Of a stretch of DNA of 64,000 nucleotides, positions 38,701 through 52,800 are shown piece after piece. Below the pieces are notes generated by a model, which was not told the origin of the DNA, searched no databases, and was given only the letters and a program-made list of their open reading frames with translations. The position numbers and the translations under genes are program-made. Within the stretch, counting starts at the first letter, position 1; every line of letters begins with the position of its first letter. This DNA is from Dipteris shenzhenensis (Eukaryota), in NCBI GenBank assembly GCA_047967505.1, contig CM106538.1. One strand, 5' to 3'.

Positions 38701-41622
38701 TTCCATTGATGTCACCTTTTGGCTCATGGCTTGATGACGATGGCGTTTGCTTTTTTGCTTGACATAGCTAGTTGCATGATGCTTTGTTCTTCCATGTGCC
38801 TTAATGCTTTCTGTGTAGATGCCATGCTCTATGCTATGGTCATCTCATACACTTGTGCTTTTGGCATGCTTATGACAATGATGTGTGCATTCATGCGTCG
38901 CTTTTCCATTCGTTGCAAAGGTCTTACCAATTGATTTCTTTCAATATCGGCAGTGTCTAATTTCATACAATGATTTTGACTTGACAGGTGCATAGAGCTC
39001 AAAAAGACGATCACTTTTCCCTTTTGGAGCATGTACAAATTCTTCTTGGATTGCAAGTTACGGCTTGTTGTTTTTTTTTGTGAAGAGAGGGGCTTTTGAT
39101 GATGTGGCAGAGGAGTCACATGCTGCCTACATGCTGTGCTTGGCAAGGGGTTATTGTGCTGAGGTAGCCTTGTGCCATGTGGTAGTCTTTTAACCCAAGA
39201 CTAAGAAATTTAACTATGGTCCAAACAACTGAACCTAACCCCACTAACTTAACCACCCCTAACCATGGATAAGTTTTATCTTTGCCACGTGTCCTAAGGT
39301 GTAACCTTAGGAGAGAAAAAGAAGAGAAAACTCTACTTCTCTGTAGTGACATCGACGGCATGGGAATCTATAGCGATGGCAAATCAGCGTTAAAGAAGTC
39401 GAGTCGTCTTTGTTGAGGATGCTGCAGAGTTGATTGGTCGAGGCAGTTGTGGGTAGTGCTGGTCTTTGGAGACCGTAGGCCGTAGAGGCATCGTCGTTGA
39501 AGATGTTGGAGGAGAAGTTGTGGGACGTGCAGGAGCCATCGTTGCTATTGGAAGCTGCGTTGACATTGGCGCTAGAGCTGTGTGCTCTCATTCTCGGCAT
39601 TCCTAGCGGAGGGCGGGTTGAGAAGCTAGAACCATCATTGATTTTCCTCTTTACTGCCATTGCAATGGCATGTTGGAAACTTGTGTGTCGGTTGATGGGC
39701 ACTGCTGGTGTGCTGCTCTTGCAGGTCTGCTAGCTTTCACATAGTACTTATCATTCGCTGGAGGGTGTTTGAAGCACCGAGTCTTCCTTTGACTTGGCTC
39801 TTTGACTGAGTCGTGGTGAAGGGAGCGTCTCACTGGAAATGGCCCATGTGCTCGGGATCCTTCTTAGCTTTGAAGCACTCGTACAAGGTGACAGCGACAT
39901 CACCGAATTCTCCCAACTATTCCTTGTTCTTAGCCGACTTCAGCTCTTTCTTGGCTTTCTCCTCATCATCATAGGTACTCTAGCTATAATTACTGCTTGC
40001 ATAACCTCCATCAGCGCCGTAAGTGGACTGAGTCGAGGTATAATTAGCCTTATTGGAATATTGATCATTCTTGGTAGTTGCAAACAGCCAGGAGCTTGCA
40101 TTGGGCTGCTGGTATCCCGTGTCCCTTCCTTCTTTTCCACCACCCTTCCTCTCCTTTTGTGGGTCTTTGAGGTGATGCTTTATGCTTTGGAGACCTAAGC
40201 ACAATGGATGGCGGTGACTATGGAGAAACTTCGAGTCTCATTGGGAGCCTTCGCTTTGGAGCTGGCCCATTTGGCTGAGTGTTGGCAGTCAAGGCTTCTG
40301 TGCCTTCTTACAAAATGAAACTCTCTCTTTCGCTCCTTTACGACGAAGAAGAAACAAATCTCTCTCTTTCACACTCTCAAACTCTCTAGGAAGAAGAGTG
40401 GGTGAAAACAGAAATCTCTAATGAATGGAAATGCACGACGGAGATTTCTCTTGGACTCTCAATCTAAACTATTCTAGGCCTAGCTAACCTGCTCTAATAC
40501 CATGTCAAAGTGTGGATCATACTAGCCTAGTGCACACAAGATCAGTGGAAGAACTAAGGAGGCTCAAACCACACTAAGTAAGACATGAGAGGGAGATAGC
40601 AAATCTATATCTCTTGCAATAGGTGTGTTCAACAATACATGATAGGCCTCTTATATAGAGAGTGCCCTTTGAATAGTCAACACTTGTGTGATCCTCTCAT
40701 CCACATCCCTCCTTGTGGATATCCTCAATCCACATCTCGACATCATGTAGTCCACATCCTAGGGTGGCTACTTTAATTCTTTCCTATACCATACCTTTGC
40801 ACTTTAATCTATGTGCTCATGGCACCATATCTCAACACGGTGAACATCTTAAGAAGGTACTCAAGCCACTGTTGGATGATTTACAAATTGTTCACCAATG
40901 TTCATCTCCTTTCTCCCTTGACTATATTAGTCCCCCTCCTGAATATGTTGATACTCTTGCACCTTCTCCTACTCCTTCTAATCCTTTTAGCCCTCTAACT
41001 GATGATGCACAAAGTCCCCTCATAGGTTCTGAACTTGATGACTACATCCAAGCCTTATCAAAGAAGATCAACAGAATAGTCTGAGAACTTACCAACATAC
41101 TCTACTCATGCTATCCTCCCTTCAAGAGATGCAGTAGAAATTTATCCAAGACTATACAACAGTGAATCCCCTTTGGCCTTCAAAGAGATATTTCAACATC
41201 AAGTATCACTTCCCCTGAAAGAGAATTCAAAGCCTTTCAAGGAAAGCCCTTATGGGTTCACTCAGGAAGACCATATCCTTTGCAATCAAGAGATAAAGGA
41301 ACTACTAGATATGGGTTTGATTTCTCACACTCACTTTGAATGGGCTGCAACTACCTTCTATGTCAATAAGCATTCTGAACAAAAACGTGGTAAGAAGAGG
41401 TTGGTGATCAACTATAAACCTCCCAATAAAAATCTGGTATCTTTTTCTTACCCTATCCCCAACAAGGAGTATTTGATGAAAAAGATTATAGGATCCACGA
41501 TCTTCTCCAAGTTTGACCTTAAAGTAGGTTTTTGGCAAGTTGGCCTAATCCTAGAAGACCACCATAAAATTGGTTTTGTTGTTCCTCAAGGTTTCTACCA
41601 ATGGAATGTTCTCCCCTTTGGT
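35746..41622 (+). mobile_element. Endogenous caulimovirid copy B: leader, PBS, MP, (CP deleted), partial AP, RT N-half; interrupted by an LTR element
   Basis: ATG at 35994; YIHYGCFVLAIEPLFRMG..LVNTRH; RT FYVNKHSEQKRGKKRLVINYK..FSKFDLKVGFWQV..YQWNVLPFG (41173-41622). Confidence 0.9.
38147..40837 (-). mobile_element. Young non-autonomous LTR retrotransposon (335-bp LTRs, about 2-kb internal region without pol)
   Basis: LTRs 38147-38481 and 40503-40837 (TG..CA, 4 mismatches by eye); PBS TGGTATTAGAGC at 40502-40491; PPT AAGGGGAGG next to 38482; flanks CCATG/CGGTG versus empty site CCGTG in copy C. Confidence 0.92.
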
Positions 41623-41627
41623 ATGAC

Positions 41628-42260
41628 ATCTTTTTTTTTGCCGAAAAAACAGTGCTGATTATATTACTTCGAAAAAACAAGATACATGGGGTCAGTTTTG
41701 CAGCTGACGGGGCTATGTTCACAAATCGGATGCAGCCCTAAGTGGAAACAAAAAGCTCTCTCTCACAGAGGGATCAGGCGGGTGTGAATAAACAGCCAGA
41801 GAGGTGGTGAATAGCGCCACTGAAGGCCCTGAGAAGTATGCACGAAGAAGAGGCCCTGCATATCCCAATCTCGGAGGAAACGTCTCCGCTTCTCCCGGCC
41901 AGCCCGAGAATCCCCCTGTATCTAGTCCCACTGGCCTCTGAGTGTGTGGATAATCTCGCTCCAGATGTCGGCCATGACCTGGGCAGTCGAAAGAGAGGTA
42001 CCACCGAGGATCTGCACGAAGCGCGAGGTCCAAATGTGCCATGCGACGATGCTACTAATAATCTCCCAGACTGGCTGCCTCTCCTGAGATCCTGTGTTCG
42101 CCTCTGCCAAGTGCTACGGGATGCCCACAAGCGGCCCCCAAGTCCCCTGTGTGATAAGGAACATGGGGTCCTGCGGGCCTGCCTCAAACAACTAATGATA
42201 GCCAAGTGTGGTGCTGCACTAGCAGAACGCGCTTCACGGGCTTTGCCAACAACATCTTGA
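41628..42260 (-). mobile_element. LINE 3' end with poly(A) tail, truncating viral copy B
   Basis: QPVWEIISSIVAWHIWTSR (41922-42110); T10 run at 41630-41639. Confidence 0.7.
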
Positions 42261-42834
42261 GCTACAGCATCTACCTCGACCAATCATTTGCTGGAGGAAT
42301 CCACGAGACCTTCGCTCTTTTTTTGTCAAATCACGTCTTAAGATGCCTAGGTCTAGTTAGGCTGTGCAGGTCCCACCTTGTAAGACACTACCTGGAGCAT
42401 ATGCCTTTATGGCATATGAGACCTCTTAGGCTCGGGTCGTCATTTTGGGACTTTCCACATTCTTTTTGGACCATTTTTTAGCATTTCAGGGTTAGTTTTG
42501 GGCTAACATAACTGGTCCACAGAAATTAAATTTTTTATTTTGTGGGCTATTGACACGTGGCGATGCCCCAAGAGTAATCCCATAAGCAAAGAGGACAAAA
42601 AGTGGCCTTATAGTGGGGAGCTTCTCTCATTTGTATTCTCACATTTTTGGTGTTCCACTGATGAGCTTGAGAATATCAAGCAAAACTAGTTTGGAACAAA
42701 GCACCGGTTTGTAATACAAAGAGGATTTTTTATCTCTTTTTGTCTCTCTTTCGTCTTTATGTCTTTGTGTCTTTGTATCTTTGTGTGAGATACTTGTGCA
42801 GCTTTGTTGCTCATGCATTGCTCTTGTGTATGAG

Positions 42835-45800
42835 TGAGAGTGCTCTCAACGGAAGCAAGAACGGAAGAGGGAGAGAGAGAAATAGAGAGCCACAACCACC
42901 CTAACCTTCTTTTTTCATTCATTTATATATGTGTTTGAGGATTGTACATAACCGAGGTAAAGGCACAGTGACCTTTAACCCCCACAACCTCCCACTTAAA
43001 GGACAATGTGCCTTTAAGGGAGAACAACCAGTGAGCATACTATCCAATGCCCATCAATACATGACAATACTCAAACCGCTGACTAGGTAGACTCTTTGTC
43101 AGCATATCTATAGGGTTATCATCTGTATGAACCTTGACAAGCTCTATGCGCTTGTCCTCAAGTACCTCCCTGATGAAATGGTACCTGACCTCAATGTGTT
43201 TGGTCTTTGCATGAAAGACTGGATTCCGTGCTAGCTGAATAGCACTCATGGAATCACTATGCAATGTCGGTACACCTGTATGAATCCCCAAACCCTCCCA
43301 CTAGCCGATCAAGCCATACAACCTCCTTGCAACCCTCTGTGGCTGCAACATACTCAGCCTCTGTGGTAGACAAAGCAATGCACTTCTATGCGCGAGACAT
43401 CCACGACACTGCACCACCTGCAAAGGTGAACACATAACGAGAAGTGGATCTCCTACTATCCACATGCCCTGCATACTCTGAATCTATGTACCCAAGTACA
43501 CGCATGTCTCCTCTACCAAAGCAAATGCACATCTCCTTGGTACCCTTCATGTACCTCATGATGCACTTAACTGCCTCCCAATGCCTCTTTCCTAGATTAG
43601 CCATATACCGGCTAACAACTCCCACTGCAAATGCAATGTCTGGTCTAGTAGCTATCATAGCATACATAAGAATCCCAACCGTTGATGCATAAGGAACCTT
43701 GGCCATCATGGCCCTTTCCTCATCTGATTTGGGACTATTTGTATGACTTAGTTTTACATATGGAGGCAATGGAATACTCACTGCCTTCCCCCCCTCCATA
43801 TTGAAATGCTGCAATACTTTTGTAACATACTCCTTCTGTGAAACCCAAAGGAGTTTCTTACTCCGATCACGTGTGATGTGCATACCAAGAATATGACCTG
43901 CAAGTCCCAAATCCTTCATATCAAAGGCCTCATGCAACTTGGCCTTTAATGCATCTAGCTCATAAGTATTCTTGCTAGCCAATAGCATATCATCCACATA
44001 TAGTGCCAAGATTATTAGGCTATTATCCTTAGCCCTTTTAGTGTAGAGGCAATGATCCATTTCACTCCTTCTAAAACCCTGGGACCGAATGAAAGCATCA
44101 AACTTCTGATACCATTCTCTAGGCGCTTGCTTAAGACCATAGAGACTCTTCTTCAGCTTACAAACTAAATGCTCTTTGCCCTTTTCTTCAAAGCCTTTTG
44201 GTTGCACCCCTAGGGAGTTCATTGCATAATATGTAAGATAGCACGTGAGTTCAACATTAGGGGTTTATTTTCTTATGGACTTGCAAAAAATACACATACA
44301 TAGGGGGTATAAGGGGTACTTAAAAGACGTTTTTTTGAATGCACATGATATAGCGGGTTTTCACTTAGTGAACGCCCTAGGGTTGCACCATGTAAATTTC
44401 CTCATGCAAATCCCCATCATGCAAGAAAGCTATCTTGACATTCATCTGCATAAGCTCCATATCCTCTGTTGCCACTTGTCCAAGCATGCATCTAAGTGTG
44501 GTCATCTTCATAACCAGAGAGAATATCTCATCAAAGTCCACACCCTTCTCTTGCTTGAACCCTTTAGTGACCAAACGGGCCTTGTACCTAGGCAATCATC
44601 ACCTGTGACCTTCATCTTTAGACCCATTTACATGGCAATGCTTTCTTTCCATGTGGCAAAGAAACCAAGTCCCAAGTCTTATTCTTCATAAGTGAACTCA
44701 TCTTTGATTGCATAGCATACTCCCACTTGCATTGATCCTCGCGCATCATAGCCTCTCTATAGCAAGAAGGCTCCTCGCAATCAGTTTGCATCACATAGTC
44801 TACCCCTGGAACAGACCTATCAGGTTGTCTAGACACTCTAGATGATCTTCTCAAGGGCATTTCAGCTTGCTGTCCCACCTGCATATCAGCCACATTTGGC
44901 TCATCATTTCCTCCAATAGATGATCCATCATCTACCCTTGATTGTATACCTGTGGAGGTACTTGGTGGTACCATTTCTTGCACATTTGGTGCATGGACAG
45001 CTTGCTGTCTATCAACATATGCAGGTGGATTCACATCCTGAAAAGTGATTCTCCTCATTTCCACATCCCTCATGGGTGCCTTATGCATCTTCTTCTCATT
45101 AAAGACTACATCATGGCTGTGTATAATCTTTTTTGCTTCTGGATCCTAGAGACAATAGCCCATCTCTCCACTTTCACCATAACCCAGAAAGATGCATTTC
45201 CTAGACTTAGGATCTAGCTTCTTTCGGAGCTCTTTCGGCACATATGCATATGCCTCACACCCAAATATATGGAAATGAGAGTAAGAGGGCTTCTTGCCAC
45301 TCCATGCCTCTTCAGGAAGACCACCATCCAAACTCTTACTAGATGATCTATTGATCACATGCACTGCAGTCTTAATTGCCTCAGCCCAAAAACCACCAGA
45401 AAGACTTGCATTGGAAAGCATGCATTGCAACCTTTCTTAAATGGTACAGTTCATCTTTTCTGCAACTGGATTTTGCTCTGGAGTACGAGGGGATTTGAGC
45501 TCCCTCTTAATCCCATGTGTATCACAGAAATGTTGAAAGCCATGAGAGAGATACTCTCTACCATTGTCAGTCTGTAGGCATTTAAGCGTTCTACCTGATT
45601 GATTCTCAACCAAGGCAAGCCATTTCTAAAATACCTAGAACACATCACTCTTCTGAGCTATAGCATAAGCCCACACTTTCCTAGTTGCATCATCAATGAA
45701 TGACACATAGTATTCAGCCCCGCCTAATAACCATGTAGGCATGGGACCACATACGTCTGAATGCACCAAATCAAGCTTTTCAAACTCTTTCTTTCCCCTT

Positions 45801-48800
45801 CTTTTATGGGCTGATTTAGTCTACTTCCCATAGAGATAGTGCTCACAAAATTCAAAATCAGAGAAACTCAAATGCGGTTCATAACCCAAACGGCATAAGA
45901 GTTTCATTCCATTTTGGCTCATGTGCCCCAACCTGCAATGCCACAAAGAAGTGCTTGGCTACTCGGTTATTGCAACAACATGATCAAATACCCTTGATAC
46001 ATGTAAGGGATACAAAGTCCCACACTTGGCACCCCTGGCCAAAAGCATAGAGCCCTTCTGAATTTTCCAACTCTGAAAGCCAAAAGTGGTGTGAAAACCA
46101 GCATCATTAAGCTGACCCACTGAAATAAGACTCTTGGTCAACTTAGGCACATGTCTGACATGTTTCAAAATAAATGCAAACCCATTTGCAAAAGAAAACT
46201 TTATGTCACCTACTCCCACTATGTCACATGCATAGTCATTTCCAAGATGCACATAACCTGTCTTTCTAGTGTCATAAGTGGAGAACCATTCCCTATGGGG
46301 AGTAACATGGAATGAAGCACCAAAATCCAAAATCCAATCCTGGGAATATGCATCATCTGAAGTGGTAAGCAACTCTGTAGATAAAGTAGACATGAAGAGA
46401 ACGTCATTGTCACTATCATGTGTGACTGCATTGATCTCCTCAATCTTCACTTTTCCTTTGTCCTCCCTTGGACTCTCTTCCTTCAGATTTGCACCCCAAT
46501 TTGCATTCTTTTTCTTATCCTTTTGCTCTCTTTTCAGCTTGTAGCAATCCTTTTTCATATGGCACTCAATGTTCTGTGCCTTGGATTTGCTACGAGACTT
46601 CCCTCTTTCTTGGGACTTCCCCTTGACCTGTGATCTACCCCTTTGCATAGACTTCCATCTAATCTCCTCGGCCAACAAGCTACCCACAACATCATCAAAT
46701 TTCAGTACTCCACCAGGTGCAGAGTTACTGACAGCTGTAGGGAAGGTATCCCATGAGGATGGCAATGAACATAAGAGAAATATTGCCTTAGTCTCCGCAT
46801 CAAAATTCATCTTCTAAGCCTGAAGCTAGTTGAAAATAATATTGAATTCATTCAAGTGAGAAGCAATGGAGACCCCTTCCTTCATCTGCAACTCAAACAA
46901 CCTCTTCATGAGGTAAACTTTATTAGAGGCAGTTTCCTTCTCATAAGTGGCACACAGTTTCTTCCACAAATCTTCCATAGTTTGCTCATTTACTACTGTG
47001 AAATAAACTGACTCTGTAAGATGAAGTCTAATAGTAGACTTTGCTAATGCATCCAACTCATTCCAATCATCCTCAGACATATTTGTAGGCTTAGCTTCAA
47101 TCCCCGCCAAGGGTTTAATCTGCTTCTTTTGAATAAGCACATCCCTTATCTATTCTTTCCACAAAGAAAAGTTTGTCCCATCAAACTTTTTAATGTTGAA
47201 AAACTCCTTTTCAAACATGGAAGAGGATGCCATGATGCAAATAAAGCAAAATCCCAAATTCTAGTGCCTGTAAGAGAGAATCACACCAAATACCATGTGC
47301 ACCCAAATGTGTATGCCACAATAGACTGAAATATCACCAAAACTCAAAGCTCAAAGCATCAAAAGATGTAGCTGACTCATGTGCATGTACTATGCATCCA
47401 TATGAGCAAATCTGGCCCAAAAGAAAATGCCAACTGCAATGGCAATCCAAAATGCCAACAGGTGCCAAATGGCTTAAGCATAAACACTGTCCATGGGCAT
47501 ATGCATCAATAATATCTCATCCAAGAGAGCATAACACTATCAGTGCATCACCTACAATGTGTCAAAGCTTTCCCTCAGCATAAAATAGCATCCATGTGCA
47601 AAGCGTCCATAAAAATAGCATCCCACAAGGCAATCTAGGCCTATCAATGCATCCAATAAGGATCACAATGCATCCAAATGGCCTATAAATCATCCACTGC
47701 AACCCAATGCACACCATGAATGAGCACACATGGCTCAAACTGCAACCAAAGTGATCTGCATAAGGTATGCTCAAGAAATCATGGTCCCACGGAAAAGACC
47801 GCTACTAAAAATAGAACCTGAGATGCCTTAAAACATGGGTGCCATTGCATAATCGAACTCAACAAGAAAATATGCAAGTATCTCTCTTCTGCTAGAACTC
47901 TAAAATCCCAACCGATGAGTGAGAAATGGGAGTCAACACTTATCCACTGCCATGTGGCATAAATCTAAGGTTTCAAAACCTTAGAATGAAAAATGCATAA
48001 CAAAGAGATGAAATCGAATACACAGAGATCTATAACTCTAAAAATACTCCACGGAATCGTGCGAGAATTGACAAGTAGGGGTTTTTGGGCGTCTGGAATG
48101 CAATGGGATAGACGGTTTTGGAAACCGTGGTCTTAATCACTGGGTCCAACACACGGACTGAAAAACGTTTTTGAAAATAGAGCTGTTTGTAAACTCCACC
48201 AGAGTGTGAATGATGAGAAACATAGAAGTTTTAGGACCTCTTGAGTCCATCGGAACTGACAGATCTGCAAGATCTGCAAATGGTTACTCCAAACTTGAGT
48301 TCCAACACCCAGGCAAAAGAACACAGAAACTGACACAGTAAGTCAGAAATCCAATGGAATGATCCCAGATTCAAGAATGAAGGTGTTTCCAAGCTTTTGA
48401 AGTAAAGTGGATACCAAAAGCAAGCAATAGTTGCCTCTACAAGTCAATACGGAGTCTCCATCATCGAACGGAACAAAAGAAAGCTCAAAAAACGACTTTT
48501 TCTTTGAAAACACTTAACAGGCTCTCAAAACCACTTCGCAAAACCAAAGTGACTTTTCCAAAGGTTCCTCCAAGGTCTCTGCATACTCGGATGCAAGTAA
48601 AGTCACCCACAAATCTTCCCACAAAGCTTCTCCTTCCTCCCACAGAGCTGCTGAGCTTCCAGGCATTCACGCACGCTCAGCTAGATCACTCGGGCTCTGA
48701 TACTAGTTGACAGTGCTCTCAATGGAAGCAAGAACGAAAGAGGGAGAGAGAGAAAGAAAGAGCCACACAAGTTTTGGTGGGTGCAGAACCACCCTAACCT

Positions 48801-48879
48801 TCTTTTTTCATTCATTTATATATGTGTTTGAGTATTGTACATAACCAGGGTAAAGGCACAGTGACCTTTAACCCCCACA
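42835..48879 (-). mobile_element. Full-length decayed Copia (Tnt1/Tork-like) with very short LTRs and 5-bp TSD
   Basis: LTRs 42835-42986 and 48708-48879; TSD ATGAG at 42830-42834 and 48880-48884; PBS-like at 48705-48694; gag KFDGTNF, WILDFGASFHVT, RYKARLVTKG, LYVDDML, KHIEVRYHFIRE. Confidence 0.95.
44209..44381. mobile_element. hAT-type MITE (173 bp) inserted in Copia RT
   Basis: 13-bp TIRs CCTAGGGAGTTCA / TGAACGCCCTAGG (1 mismatch); 8-bp TSD GTTGCACC at 44201-44208 and 44382-44389; removal restores IYMVQPKGF. Confidence 0.88.
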
Positions 48880-49216
48880 ATGAGTACTTGTGCAACTTGT
48901 TGCTCATGTACTGTTTCGTGCTTGCTTGAATGTTTAGTACTTGAACATCAATTTGTTCATGTATAGTGTGTGCTCTTAGCCATCTTTTTGTCCATGAGAT
49001 TTTGGTTGCTTAGTTTTGTGTTTAGTACTTGAGTATTCTACCTTACTCATGTATTCTTAGCACTCTAAGCACATTTGCACACTTCACAAGCACATTCTTC
49101 ACACAATTTTTTAGACACAGTTTTAAGCATGTAACCGGCCCTCGAAAATTCCATTTTTTGCTGCCGTAGCTAGCCAATTACTCACACTTCACTGCTACAC
49201 ACCTTTTCTTATTTTT

Positions 49217-49234
49217 CTAAAACCCTAAACCCTA
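49217..49234 (-). repeat. Short telomeric-motif tract at the start of viral copy C
   Basis: CTAAAACCCTAAACCCTA; the final CCTA overlaps viral sequence homologous to about 33600. Confidence 0.65.
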
Positions 49235-49876
49235 GTCTTATGCTTTGGCCTATTTTCCCTTAGTCTGTTCAACCTTCTACTGAAAATTCCCTCATCAACG
49301 ATAATACTTGGCAGTGGGGCCACCACTGGGAATTGGCTGATCCAACCCATTTTGCCAATACTACTCTACGCGACCCCTTTGAACAGTTTCTGCTCCTCTG
49401 CCATGGCGTGCTGATCCTATGCCCCCCATCAACGATAATACTTGGCACTGGGGCCACTGACGAGAATTGACTAATCCAACCCATTTTGCCAATACTACTC
49501 TATGCGACCCCTTTGAAGCAATTCCTGCTCCTCTGCCATAGCCTATTGATCCTATGCCTCTGCCACTTCCTCAGCTCCCTTTGCAATCACCTCCTAATTC
49601 TCCCAGATCTGAATCTTCGTCCTCCACTGACCTCCCTACTCTGTATAATGCTAAGGTCGAACCCATGGTTGAAGATCTGACAGCCCCGCCACAACGACAG
49701 CAGCAGTAGCCACCATGGCATGGTCATTGTATAGCTTGTCATGATGCCCTTGGTTCTCAGTTTATGCATGCTGAATTCCAAACCCATTTTATGGATGGTG
49801 ATCTTTACGAGTAACCTGATTTGCAGCGACATTTGCAGCACAAATCTTTTCTGGGTTACATACTCAATATTGATGC

Positions 49877-52800
49877 TATTAAATTACACAGTGTAGCGGA
49901 ATAGAAATTGAACAAAGAATAGAGAGTACACAGCAAACTGGAGAGGAATAAATATTTCCTTCAATACTGATGTAGTACAGATGATGGCTTCGTCCACCTG
50001 TGCACTCCCACAATGGAGCTTAGATGGCGATCTAGACAAATACTAGGTGAAGAGGTACTAGCTAGAAGATCTAATCTGATATGAACTAATCTGATTTGTA
50101 TAGTTGCGATTAAGGATGTAAAGCATAGTATTGACAGCCTTAGTCCAAAAGTGGTTTGGCAGTCCAGCACCTTTTAACATACACCTCCCCATCTCCACCG
50201 TGGTCCACATTCGACGTTCAACAACTGAATTTTGCTGAGGCATATGTGGTGTCATCATTTGTCGCTTGATCCCTTTGCTCTTGCAAAAATCTCCAAACTC
50301 TGTAGAAACAAACTCACCACCACCATCCGATCTGATTTTCTTTACTTTTCTCCTTGTTTCATTCTCAACAAGTTGTAGCCATGCTTTAAATTACCAAAAG
50401 CTTGAGCCTTTTTGCAAAGAAAGTACACCCATATCTTCCTACTATAGTCATTAACAATCAATAGAAAATAGGAAGATCCCCCCAAGGCCTGTGTAGGCAT
50501 CTTACTGCACAAGTTAACATGCACCAACTCTAGAGGAGTGTTTGCTCTATTCTTGCTTTCTTGTGGGAATGCCTTTCTCTGTTGCTTGCCCATCATGCAA
50601 GCTTCACATGGTTCTTTGATTTCTGTGACTGCAGGTCCGCACAAGTTAACATGCACCAACTCTAGAGGAGTGTTTGCTCTATTCTTGCTTTCTTGTGGGA
50701 ATGCCTTTCTCTGTTGCTTGCCCATCATGAGAGCTTCACATGGTTCTTTGATTTCTGTGACTGCAGGTAAGTGAGCAACCATACCTTACTTCTGCATCTC
50801 CTTCAGCACTGCAAATCTGATGTGGCTGAATCTTTCATGCCAAATTCTGCTTGTGCCCACTCCAGCGGTGGCTATAAGAGCACTTAGCTCATACAGGTTG
50901 TTCCTCCTTACTCCTATGCCAACAAGATTGCCTGCACTATCCAAAATTTTTGCTCCTATCTTGTTGAACCTCACCTCATGGTCAAGGTCAGTTATGGAAG
51001 CAAGTGATAGAAAATTTCTCTTGATTTGTGGAACATACAGCACATTAGATAGTTTCTCCATTCACAGAAACAAATGAAACCATATCTATACCCTCAACAA
51101 GCCATTTTGTGTTATTACCAACCGTCATGGTGATGGGTTCATGTAGAGGCTGCATGGAACAATATAGACCCTTCTTGTAGGTCATGTGATGGGAGCCACC
51201 ACTATCCAACACCCATGAATCAGTGGTTGAAATTTCTTGAACTAAGGAACACTCTTCCTCAATGGCTAGAAATAGATCCAACTCTGCTTCTGCTGTGTTA
51301 GCTGTCTCTTTTCCCTTATCTATCTTCTTCAGGATACCATTCTTTTCATTTGCTTTCTTAACCCAGCAATCTGCAATCATATGGTTCTTCTTTTTGCAGT
51401 AGAAGCATCCTCCTTGAAACTTCTTCTTGCCGCCCTTCTTCTTTTTGTCACCACTAGTAGAGGACTCACCTTTGGTGGAGGAACCACCTTTGCCTTTCAT
51501 AGTGGCAGAGAAAGTAGCATCATTGCCACCTCCATCTCAAGCTTTAAGCCTCAATTCCTCCTCCTTAAGTAAAGCATAGAACTCCTCAAATGACAATGGT
51601 TGTTGGGGTCTCACCTGAGTGTTAAGCGCTGTTACCAGTCCATCAAATCTTGGTGGACATATCCGGAGACACCACCGAGCTAGCTCTTCGCTAGTCTTTT
51701 GTATCCCAGCACCAGCCATCTGGTCATGTAGACTTTTGATTCGGGTTATGAACACCTCTACTGTCTCTCTATTAAACTTCTCTACTGCGAGCTGATTCTT
51801 TAGGTTCTAGATCCTTGTTTGATTCCACGTCTCATACTAACTCTTTAATATGTTCTAGGCCACAGTTGCCTTAGATGTATGCTGAATCAAGGTCAAAACA
51901 CTATTAGTAGTACTTGTAACCAGGGCACACAGAGCATCTGTGTTCCTGCATTTCCAGAAGGTCAACATTAGGAGGTATCATACTCCCCAGATTTGCTGGG
52001 TCAGGGGTTCCTTGTGGTTCTAGGTCATAGTCCCCAGTACTGGTCTCCAGAAGCTCATATGAATCTAGAATAGCAGTAATTTTAAACTTCCACAGAGTGT
52101 AGTTCGTACCATCTAGCTTGCCTTCAGTGAAGGTTGGTGGGTGAATCCTCAATGCCTAAATTATTGGTTCAGCAGTAGCTGCTGAACTCGAGCCACTTTC
52201 TATGGAGCCACTTCCTGTTGCCATCACTCCATATGCTATTGAAGCCCTCGCCTCTCTTCTATTCTTCGATCCTTAGAGCCGCCTGGGCTCTGATACCATG
52301 TTAAATTACATGGCACAGTAGAACAAAAACTGAACAAAGAATAGAGAGTACACAGTAAACTAGAGAGGAACAAACTTTCCCTTCAACACTGATGTAGTAC
52401 AGATGATGGCTCCATCCACCCATGCGCTCCCACAGTGGAGCTTAGATGGCGATCTAGATAGATACTAGGTGAAGAGCTACTAGCTGGAAGATTTGATCTG
52501 ATCTGAACTGATTTGATACAATGGACTAGGGAGGTCGCCTCTTTATAGCTATGAGGGCAGTAGTCGGATCAACGTAGTCGGTGGAGTCAACTAGTCGACC
52601 TAGTCAGTGGAGCTGACCAGTCAGCCTAGTCAGTGGAACCGACTAGTCGTCCATGGAATATTCAAAGAATATTCCCTATATCGTTGCCTCGGGGGCTCGC
52701 CCATGGAATATTCAAAGAATATTCCCTATATCGTCGCCTCGGGGGCTCGCCCCCAAACTCCCACCAAAAGGGCTAGCGGCCCCCCTGGGACCCCCCAGTT

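Larger units (their letters stand above)
42340..49130. repeat. LTR-like host sequence split by the Copia insertion (42340-42834 and 48880-49130)
   Basis: TACTTGTGCA..TGTTGCTCATG sub-repeat continues across the insertion; outer ends uncertain. Confidence 0.4.

Noticed and set aside
39839-40198. Hydrophobic 119-aa ORF resembling a membrane/env protein
   Set aside because: Antisense to the LTR element's purine-rich strand, which gives hydrophobic codons by composition; no other support.
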